Below, piece after piece: positions 1 to 7,668 of a DNA stretch of 8,308 nt (position 1 is the stretch's first letter; each line of letters begins with the position of its first letter). The notes beneath the pieces are model-generated. The model ran no database searches. It was not told the DNA's origin and saw only the letters and a list, made by a program, of their open reading frames with translations. The stretch is from Histomonas meleagridis 2922-C6/04-290x. Lineage: Eukaryota > Protista > Parabasalia. The position numbers and the translations under genes were made by a program. The stretch covers positions 1 through 8,308 of the forward strand of contig JAANOX010000103.1 in assembly GCA_020184695.1 (NCBI GenBank), given 5' to 3'.

Positions 1-151
1 ATTTTCGATAATATTTTTTGGCTCAATGGTAGTGGTTAACCGTCCAAAATGATCGGCTTGTGTTCGGTGCCCCGAGGCGGAGGTTCGATTCACTGCATAG
101 AATAAATTTTTTCATTTTTTGCGAAAAAGAAAAATTTAAAATGTTCAAAAT
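1..151 (+). repeat. Left arm of a perfect 151-bp inverted repeat (may extend beyond the window start)
   Basis: The reverse complement of 1-151 matches 1143-1293 base for base, including homopolymer lengths. The match ends at 152 (g) versus 1142 (g). Confidence 0.97.
19..112 (+). ncRNA. tRNA-like Pol III cassette (degenerate tRNA, tRNA pseudogene or SINE head); isotype not assignable
   Basis: A-box-like TGGCTCAATGGT at 19-30, a second D-loop-like AGTGGTTAA at 31-39, a variable-arm-like hairpin TCGG-tgcc-CCGA at 64-75, B-box GGTTCGATTCA at 82-92 and T6 terminators at 107-112 and 115-120. Acceptor and T stems are imperfect and there is no canonical anticodon loop. Confidence 0.6.
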
Positions 152-668
152 GATCATAATGAAAATCGTTTATGAGAAGAAACGTTATGTTAAATTTATA
201 TTATTTTATCCTACAATAGTTCGCATAATTTTTAAATCATCAAATTCGATATTTGTGCTTTTTGATTTATTGGTGTTAATTTCTTTTTTAAAAATTTTTT
301 TTATTTACAAGTAACAAGTTGTGAAGGTATAAATGAGGATATTGGTGTTAATTCTTCAAGGGAGATTTCCAGGTAGATATAATTAATGTAATTTATTATG
401 TGATTGAGAATATGTTTTTTTAACTAAATTGTTTTTAATGCAAAATTTGAATAGATCTATTCATTTTATAATTATCAAAATTTTCATTTTTGTTAATTAT
501 AATAATAGAAATAGAAAAATATTTATTTAAATTTTTTTTATTGATAATAATTGATATTTTAGTCAATAAATATATTATAATAAAGTTTGTTTTGTTCAAA
601 TTGAAAATCACGCATTCATTTATGTTAATGTGCACATTAAAAACAAAATCCCGAATGCAGGAAGAAAT

Positions 669-687
669 TATATATATATATATATAT
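669..687. repeat. (TA)9 microsatellite
   Basis: tatatatatatatatatat, near the middle of the spacer between the inverted-repeat arms. Confidence 0.9.
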
Positions 688-1142
688 TCAATGCTTGAGT
701 AAACATTGGATGAACTGTTAATGCTTTCTTTTTCTCGTATATATATACAATTTCTATATTGGATTGAATTTATTCGATGAGAAAAATGATTTTCATAGAA
801 ACATATCAAATAATTTATATAGAAATTTCAAAATATTATATATCTAATTATAAATTTGTGCGTTGAAAAGAACAACCAACAGTTTTTATAGTTATAAATA
901 CGACACAAGTACGTATAACATGATAATTATGTGAATTTCTGAATATATATAAGTTGAAAAAAAGATACAACAATTATCGAATATACATCCGATTATATTT
1001 AAAGATTTCCCTGTTAATGGTTCTTTAATAATATAATGATATCTTAGAAATAGGATATTAATGTAAGTTACTCCATGTTATATCAAAATTTAAATTGATC
1101 AAGTATGAAAATCATAGTTTTTTTTTGATTAAATTTAATAGG

Positions 1143-1293
1143 ATTTTGAACATTTTAAATTTTTCTTTTTCGCAAAAAATGAAAAAATTTATTCTATGCA
1201 GTGAATCGAACCTCCGCCTCGGGGCACCGAACACAAGCCGATCATTTTGGACGGTTAACCACTACCATTGAGCCAAAAAATATTATCGAAAAT
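1143..1293 (-). repeat. Right arm of the 151-bp inverted repeat
   Basis: attttgaacatttt...tattatcgaaaat is the exact reverse complement of 1-151. The arms enclose a 991-bp AT-rich spacer. Confidence 0.97.
1182..1275 (-). ncRNA. Second, identical copy of the tRNA-like Pol III cassette
   Basis: Mirror copy of 19-112 within the right inverted-repeat arm. Confidence 0.6.
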
Positions 1294-1357
1294 TTATAAT
1301 CACATTATTATTTAATTCATCAACTTCGAAAAATACACAAGAATTTCCTGCTTGTGT

Positions 1358-1661
1358 CGTGAAATGATTTATTTTAGTAAGTGTACCAAAATCTGCTAAT
1401 TTGAAATGACCATCATTTGTCATTAATATGTTACCAGGAGATACATCTAAATGCATCAATTCATGTGAATGGAGAATCTGTAATGCCATCCCAATATCAT
1501 GTATTAAATACCAAATATCAGGTTCCTCAAAAATAATATCTGAAATGTCACCTTTTTCACAAAGTTCCATTTGAATCATTGCTTTTGTCGGAATTTCAAA
1601 ATATGAAATTGTTTTGACAAAGTATGGTGAATTAATTTTTTCTTTTTCCATCATTTGAATT
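1358..1661 (-). pseudogene. Internal fragment of a Wee1/Myt1-like protein kinase (hinge to just after DFG), truncated at both ends
   Basis: Translation ...INSPYFVKTISYFEIPTKAMIQMELCEKGD...HLDVSPGNILMTNDGHFKLADFGTLTKINHFT contains the IQxELC hinge, catalytic loop and DFG. There is no Gly-loop or VAIK, and after DFG+8 residues it diverges from the copy at 7669-8308 into unrelated sequence (stop at 1283-1285). Confidence 0.85.
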
Positions 1662-2526
1662 CGAATTTTTTTGTTGTTTTTGTTTATGAAGGATGCAAAG
1701 AAGGTGAATGTGTAATTCAAAATGTTAAAAACGTAAAAATTGACGAAGGTAATGTTGCACTGGAAATTAATACGATTAATGGTAATGATTATGTATTAAG
1801 TTGTTTTGATAATAATATAATTAATGAATTTGGTTATGCAACGGATGCTTCTGTTGCAGTAATTTCAAATAATTATACAATGATTGGTGGTACTTATTTA
1901 AATATTACAAATAAAAGATTACATATTCAAACACAAAAGAAGTTTTGGAATGGAAAAATTAACAAATTTGAAAACCCTGACTATAACGATAGCTATTTTG
2001 AAATGGAAACCGAAATTCCGATGGATAATTTCAATGGTCAAAGTGTATCGTTCTTCGAAAAAGAGTATATCCTGTTTTTTTGGTGTAGAGAAGATAAATA
2101 AAGGATATAAAGTATACACAAGGAAGAATGGTTATGGATTTAGACTTAATAAAACAGGCGATTGGAGAATTGGTAAGTGCATCACAAAATGCAATCCCAA
2201 TGGATATGAGTTATTCACCAGAGATTCCTTCGTTTTCTTCTATGTTTAATATGCCTTCATCTTCAACTTCGACATCTACTTCTTTATCATCTATTTCTTC
2301 TTATTCTTCTTCTTCTTCACCTGGACAATCAGAAGATACATCTCATACATTGGGCACATCCGATCCAGCTGAAGAACAGAAATCGTCTTTGGGTGGTGGA
2401 GCGATTGCTGGAATCGTAATTGGATGTTTAGTATTTGCGCCTGTTATTGTTATTGGTGTTATTATCTATGTAAGAAGGGAAAAAGAAAAAAATGCTGAGT
2501 TTTCAGGTTATGTTCCTGATATATAA
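1662..2526 (+). CDS. 3' part of a type I membrane/surface protein: beta-rich ectodomain (possibly heparinase II/III-like C-terminus), Ser/Thr stalk, TM helix, short tail; two frameshifts
   Basis: ORFs 1655-2101, 1950-2249 and 2128-2526 join into one coding frame via a T-run at about 2075-2081 and a second shift at about 2145-2225. It has a Ser-rich stalk (PSSSTSTSTSLSSISSYSSSSS), TM segment GGGAIAGIVIGCLVFAPVIVIGVIIYV followed by RREKEK, and TAA at 2524-2526. No real start or signal peptide is visible. Confidence 0.8.
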
Positions 2527-2677
2527 ATCGTAAAAATAAATTATTTTCTTATGTATTTTTATATTTTTCAATTCATTCGCAATAATATATATGTGAAGAG
2601 GAGTGTAATTTGAGTAACTTTTCTTAAATATAAAAGAAATTTTTGACTATTTTTATTGACTTAGTTATGTTCGTTGA

Positions 2678-3359
2678 TCAAAATATTGGTGGAAATGGGT
2701 ATATGAAAGGTAGCATCATGTAATAATAATATGGAAATGCATAAGGATACATTGACCAATAATAATACGGAGAACAGAAACTCATTACTGGGTATGGAAC
2801 ATATATAATGAAATATGGACTTTGAAGTGGCATTAGATTTTGTTGTGGAGCACATTCACATTCTTCATTTGCATCAGTGACATTATTTGAGATGCAGCTG
2901 CTGTTGGTGTTTGTGAATGAGTTGGTGTTGTTAGTGAAGGAGTTGGTGTTGTTAGGATGGAGTTGGCTTATTTTTCATTATTATTTGTTCCAAATGATAC
3001 TGACGGTGGTGGTGCTACTGTCGTTGGTTTATTTATATTATTATTTGCTTCAAATGATGTTGGTGGTGGTGGTGCTACTGTCGTTGGTTTAGTTCCTTTA
3101 TTTTTGAGTTGATGATTTTTACATTTCGTGTATTAGGCTTAAATAAATTATCAGGAGGATCTGGAATAGCTTTTATTTTATCTTTTACATTATGTTTGCC
3201 ACAATTAAATGGATTGTGAGTATTTGTTGATTGAAAATTATTACTTGAAGAAACCCTTGGACTTGTAGGTGCGCTGTTTTCCTATGTTCCTTTGCTATTG
3301 GAAGGTTTATTGCTGCCCATCGATCCCCAAGGAGTGTAACTCAATCCTGCTTCAAACAT
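2678..3359 (-). CDS. Low-complexity Asn/Pro/Thr-rich hypothetical protein with a Tyr/Pro-rich C-terminus (interrupted; possible pseudogene)
   Basis: Manual translation: MFEAGLSYTPWGSMGSNKPSNSKGT*ENSAPTSPRVSSSNNFQ...KPTTVAPPPPTSFEANNNINKPTTVAPPPSVSFGTNNNE...NEECECAPQQNLMPLQSPYFIIYVPYPVMSFCSPYYYWSMYPYAFPYYYYMMLPFIYPFPPIF*(TGA 2678-2680). It needs about two indels and contains an in-frame TAG at 3282-3284. Absent from the ORF track. Confidence 0.6.
2977..3090 (-). repeat. Coding 60-nt tandem repeat (about 2 copies, KPTTVAPPP-x-x-SF-x-x-NNN)
   Basis: ggtggtggtgctactgtcgttggttta and ttattatttg..caaatgat each recur at a 60-nt period. A 21/20-nt repeat gagttggtgttgttag starts at 2919 and 2940, with a partial unit at 2960. 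Confidence 0.85.
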
Positions 3360-5368
3360 GTATTATAATTCATTAGATAAAGATTTTTTAGATCATTATG
3401 AAGAACTATCAAATAATAATTGAAAACTTCATAAAAAATTAATTCAAGAAGGAGTTAATTCAAATGAAATTGCAAAACTAATTCGAAATGATGAATTACA
3501 AAAATTACAAGAAATATCATCACAAAATAATTTTGATTTTAATCAAACAATTGAACCATCACTTTATGAAAAATGTTCATTTATTAATCAAAACAATGTT
3601 TCATTAATTGATTATGCAGCATTTTTTTCTTCATTTAAATGTTTTAAATATTTACTTATGAATAATGCAAATGTAAATAACACGGGTAAATATGCAATTG
3701 CAGGAGGAAACTTAGAAATAATTCATTTATGTGAACAAAATAACTCATCATTTAATAATGCACATGAAACAGCAATTAAATTTCACCAAAATGATATCTT
3801 TAAATATATTTATGAAAAAGACATAGCAGGTTTTGGATTGAAATCAGCTGATTTAGAAAAGCATATGGAATAACAAGGCAAATTAAGAAATTCTTTAGTA
3901 TTTAACAGAAAAAGACAAATTTTTGGTTATTGAAAATTGTATTTTAAATGCAACAAAAAAATGGAAACTTTTATCTCGTAAAGTATTTTGTACAAAATAA
4001 TCCAATACTAAAAGATGTTTTATTAACATCTTTAGAAAAAAAAAACATTGAACTTATTAAATTTATTATAGAACAAAAAAAGGAGTTAACATCAATGAAA
4101 ATATTCATTTGTTTTTATTTAAAATTTATTATAATGATTTTTATGTTTCAAAATAATATTTGGAAATTATTTAAAACTTTTTTAAAACACCACTTGAAAT
4201 AGCATATAAAAATGGTTATACTGAAGTTGTAGATTTACTTAATAAGAAAGAAAAAGAAATTAAAGAACTTATAAATGCATCTGAAAAAGGTGAAACAAAA
4301 AAAGTTGTATCACTTATTAAAAAAGGAATTGATATAAATGTAAAAGATTTTCATTTGTTTTTTTTTTAAAAATTATTTTATTGTTTTAATTTTTATCTTG
4401 ATTATATGGAACTTATGAAAAATTATTTCAAACAGCACTTATTAAAGCTGCAGATAAAGACAATTTAGAAATGGTTGAATTCCTTCTTAAAAAAAAAAAG
4501 GAATTAATGTTAATGATGAAGATTTTTATTTTGTTTTATTTAGAATTTATTTTATTAACTTTATATTTAATAATAATATATGGAATTTGTTCGGATTATT
4601 AGAAACTGCACTTATAAAAGCTACTAAAAATAATGATTTAGAAATGGTTGAATTATTCCTTGAACAAAAAGAAATTAATCCTAGTGTTAAAGATATTTCT
4701 TTATCCTATTTTGGATTTAATTTATTGATTTCATATTTCAATATAATATTTAAATTTTTTTTTATATTTTTTCTTTCACCACTCCATTTTGCATCTGAAA
4801 ATGGAAACGTTGAAATAGTCGATTTGTTTCTTGATCAAGATGGAATTGATATCAATTCTAAAGATTTTTATTTGCTTTGCTTGTTGTTGATTTCAAAAAT
4901 TTTATGTTTTAAAAATAATATATAATAATTAATCATATTATTTCATACAGCACTTATAAAAGCAATTGAAAATGGTCATCTTGGTGTAATTAAAATGCTT
5001 CTTTCACGAAAAGATATTAATATAAAAAGTGTTGATATTGATTTATTCTGTTTAAAGTTTATTTATGTGATTTTATATTTCAAAGTAATATTTGGAAATT
5101 ATACAAATTATTTAACTCAGCACTGATGATTGCAGCTAGAACAGGTCAAGTAGATGCCATTAAATTGCTTCTTAAAAAAAAAAGGAATTAATGTCAATTC
5201 TAAAAATATTTAAATTTTTTAGTTAAAGATTATCTTAATTATTTAAAATTTGGTAATAATATTTGGAAATTATTTGAATCATTTAAAACAGCGCTAATTT
5301 TCGCATGTAAAAAAGGTCACACAGAAAGCGTTAAGGTACTTCTTGAAAGTAAATGTATTTTTTATTAA
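3358..5368 (+). CDS. DUF3447-type domain plus ankyrin-repeat protein gene, probably 5'-truncated, with repeats split by seven intervening blocks, in-frame stops and homopolymer frameshifts
   Basis: The frame from 3361 gives ...GVNSNEIAKLIRNDEL...TIEPSLYE...SLIDYAAFFSSFKCFKYLLMN...YAIAGGNLEIIHLCEQ...AIKFHQNDIFKYI, which I recognise as the parabasalid DUF3447-type pattern. Ankyrin segments lie at 4187-4348, 4432-4523, 4605-4694, 4776-4865, 4947-5036, 5117-5207 and 5288-5368 (e.g. SPLHFASENGNVEIVDLFLDQDGIDINSKD). TAA at 5366-5368. Confidence 0.85.
4103..4186 (+). other. Ankyrin intervening block 1 (84 nt)
   Basis: Lies between GVNINEN and TPLEIA. Two in-frame TAA, no AG dinucleotide, motif aataatatttggaaattatt. 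Confidence 0.85.
4349..4431 (+). other. Ankyrin intervening block 2 (83 nt)
   Basis: Lies between GIDINVKD and TALIKA. No AG, motif tatatggaa, and a long T run makes the length uncertain. Confidence 0.85.
4524..4604 (+). other. Ankyrin intervening block 3 (81 nt, open in frame)
   Basis: Lies between GINVNDED and TALIKA. Motif aataatatatggaa. Confidence 0.85.
4695..4775 (+). other. Ankyrin intervening block 4 (81 nt, open in frame)
   Basis: Lies between EINPSVKD and SPLHFA. Contains neither GT nor AG. Confidence 0.85.
4866..4946 (+). other. Ankyrin intervening block 5 (81 nt)
   Basis: Lies between GIDINSKD and TALIKA. In-frame TAA TAA at 4923-4928, no AG. Confidence 0.85.
5037..5116 (+). 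other. Ankyrin intervening block 6 (80 nt)
   Basis: Lies between DINIKSVD and SALMIA. Motif gtaatatttggaaattat. Confidence 0.85.
5208..5287 (+). other. Ankyrin intervening block 7 (80 nt)
   Basis: Lies between GINVNSKN and TALIFA. In-frame stops, motif aataatatttggaaattatt. Confidence 0.85.
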
Positions 5369-5528
5369 AATTTATTTTTCATTTTTGAAGATATTTATTT
5401 TTCTTTTACCAGTAATTTCTTTTTTGAAATGAAATTTTTGATATAATTTATGAAAGAAAGCATTTGTCTTAAACTTTAGAATCATAATTTTAGTTTTATG
5501 TCTTATTTTATGAACTCAGAAACCATTT

Positions 5529-5545
5529 TCATTATTGTTTTCATA
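5529..5545 (+). promoter_or_regulatory. Possible trichomonad initiator (Inr, TCAY-type) elements upstream of the BspA-like gene
   Basis: TCATTA at 5529-5534 and TCATA at 5541-5545, 9-25 nt upstream of the ATG at 5554. The motif is short and the background is AT-rich. Confidence 0.3.
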
Positions 5546-5553
5546 GGAAAGGA

Positions 5554-6853
5554 ATGATTGTTCAGATATTTTGCTTTCTAATTATACCCACATTTGGAAT
5601 ATTTGATAATACAACAAAAACACTTACAATAAAAACTTCAGATGATTTTATAAATACAACACTCTATAAAAATGAAACATTATTTTTGATTATTGATGAT
5701 AATATTACTTCAATACCGTCTGGTGTATTTAGTGGGTGGATGAAACTTGCATCTGCTAAAATTGGAAATTCAGTTTCTCTAATTGGTAATGAGGCGTTTT
5801 ATAATTGCAAAAATTTGTCTAAAGTAATTTTTGGAGAAAATCTAACATCAATTGGCATTTATTCATTTTATGGATGTGCATTTAGTAAAATTTCATTACC
5901 AAATTCACTTTCTTCCATTGGAGATTATGCATTTTTCAGATGTCGAAAATTAACTGAAGTTAATTTTGGAGGAAAGCTTATGGAAATCAATTTCAGCGCA
6001 TTTTGTGAATGCGTTCTACTTGCAAGAATTAAATTACCTAAATCACTGTCTATAATAGGAGATGAAGCATTTTCTCGTTGCCTTAACTTAACAGAAGTAA
6101 TTTTTAACGAAAATCTGATTAGTATTGGTGAGGAATCATTTGCTGAATCTTCACTTGAACGAATTAAATTACCAAATTCACTCTCTACAATTAAAATGCT
6201 TGCTTTTTATGAATGTCATAAATTATCAGATGTTATTTTTGGAAATAACATAACTACAATTGAGAATAGTGCATTTGCCTATTGTACTTCTCTTAAAAGT
6301 ATCGAAATTCCAAATTCATTAACTACTATCAATGAAAAAGTTTTTGAGGGTTGTTCTAATTTATCAGTTGTTATTATAGGTGAAAATGTGGTTTCAATTG
6401 AGACAGGAGCATTTTATGAATGTACATCTCTAAGTTGTGTTTATTATTATGGCCACTCACAACCTCATGTTAGTGATGATGCATTTGATAATTGTCCTGT
6501 CAAATGTGTAATGACATTGGATTCATATAATTCAACAAAATTTGGTGAATTTGATGTATCAAAAGGAACAACAATCGAAAATTGTCAACCATGGCCAACA
6601 CATCCATTTACACAATCAAACTCATTTACACAATCAAACTCATTTACACTATCGAACTCATTTACACAATCGAATGCATTTACAACAGCAAATGCATCTT
6701 CTGTATCATATACAAATTCTAAAATATATTCTAATTCAATCACGAACTCAAATATTACATCAAATTCATTTTTCATTAAGATCTACTTCACAAACTGTTA
6801 CACTTGCTTTTAGTGCAAGTATTATTTATTTATTATTCTTAATTTTATTTTAA
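5554..6853 (+). CDS. BspA-like (TpLRR/LRR_5) leucine-rich repeat surface protein; one frameshift near the 3' end
   Basis: N-terminal signal-peptide-like MIVQIFCFLIIPTFG and about 11-12 repeats of the LPNSLxxIGxxAFxxCxxL type. An FTQSNS stalk follows. An extra T in the run at about 6768-6772 moves the end into the 6542-6853 frame (SLRSTSQTVTLAFSASIIYLLFLILF*), giving a hydrophobic C-terminus. Confidence 0.93.
6605..6694 (+). repeat. 5 x 18-nt coding tandem repeat (FTQSNS stalk)
   Basis: Units start at 6605, 6623, 6641, 6659 and 6677; consensus catttacacaatcraact. Confidence 0.9.
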
Positions 6854-7668
6854 TAATCATTCATAATATTTTAAGATATCAAAGAAGAAATAGATAACAA
6901 CAGTAAATGATATCATCAAATTGATGTAATGCAACCTTTAAAATAAAATGAAGAGTTCTCTAAAACATAAATAAAGGGAAGTATTACTTAAATCTTTTAA
7001 TAAATTATTAATATAAGTTTTATATGGGTTAAGAAAAAAATTAACAGTTATTTTTGATAAAGCTGTACTAGAACTGTCAAGAAAAATGCCACGAAAATGC
7101 CAACTTAAAATCCATCTGCATTTTGTTCGAGCATAACTATAGTTAATTGACGTTATTTGTTCGTGTAAAAAAGCAAATCAGCTGAATCAATAAACAGTCC
7201 AAAGAAAAACTCGTTACAAAACAACAACTTCAAAATAACCAGTTTACTTTCAATCATGATTACATGAATGCATATCATGTTTTTATGACAACGGTTTGGG
7301 TTACTGTTTGGGGTTAAATCCGATAAAACTTTTTACTGTTTTTGTAGAATGAAATAAAACACACCACCTATTATCAACAATTTTATACAGCTTGGATATC
7401 TTCACTTTGTTTTAACGATTTGCTACATTTAAAACGTTTTTTTATCCATTCGATAGATAAATTATTTTTCATGAAGATCTATCATCATGCTCCTTTCCCC
7501 CTCATCATTAACTCTAAGAAAAAATAAAATTCTGATTCTTTATCATTAAATATAGCATTTAGTGATCAAAATATTTTTAATTTTTTGAGAATTTAAGTTT
7601 AACGTACGGGGGAAACAGTTTATTATTTAATTAGGAACAAAAACAATTAACCCTGAAAAAACCCATTT

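Noticed and set aside
268-353. 14-bp direct repeat tattggtgttaatt (268-281, 340-353), 72 nt apart
   Set aside because: Only two short copies in AT-rich DNA. It is not a CRISPR array, and the possible minus-strand reading frame is stop-interrupted and unrecognisable.
60-809. ORFs 60-314 (+), 435-809 (-) and 490-702 (+)
   Set aside because: They are I/F/K/N-rich translations of AT-rich DNA with no motifs, and one runs through the tRNA-like cassette and poly-T tracts.
900-909. 10-bp inverted match acgacacaag to 1351-1360 at the kinase breakpoint
   Set aside because: It does not extend in either direction and is compatible with chance.
1919-2119. Minus-strand ORF, plus the ORFs at 2661-2855, 2877-3092, 6585-6776 and 7772-7963
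   Set aside because: These are antisense shadows or off-frame readings of better-supported genes.
4101-5291. AT...AC/AG (U12-like) termini for the ankyrin blocks, using the AT of the Asp/Asn codon and CAC/CAG within the following Thr-Pro/Ala codons
   Set aside because: Splicing there would delete the conserved Asp and Thr and give ~28-aa repeats. Block 3 has CTG at that position. There is no ATATCCTT or TCCTTAAC consensus, and trichomonads are not known to have the minor spliceosome.
7020-7660. Telomere-like GGGTTA/AACCC words and a possible stop-interrupted minus-strand frame in the BspA-kinase interval
   Set aside because: The words are scattered, not tandem. The frame has several stops and no recognisable domain.
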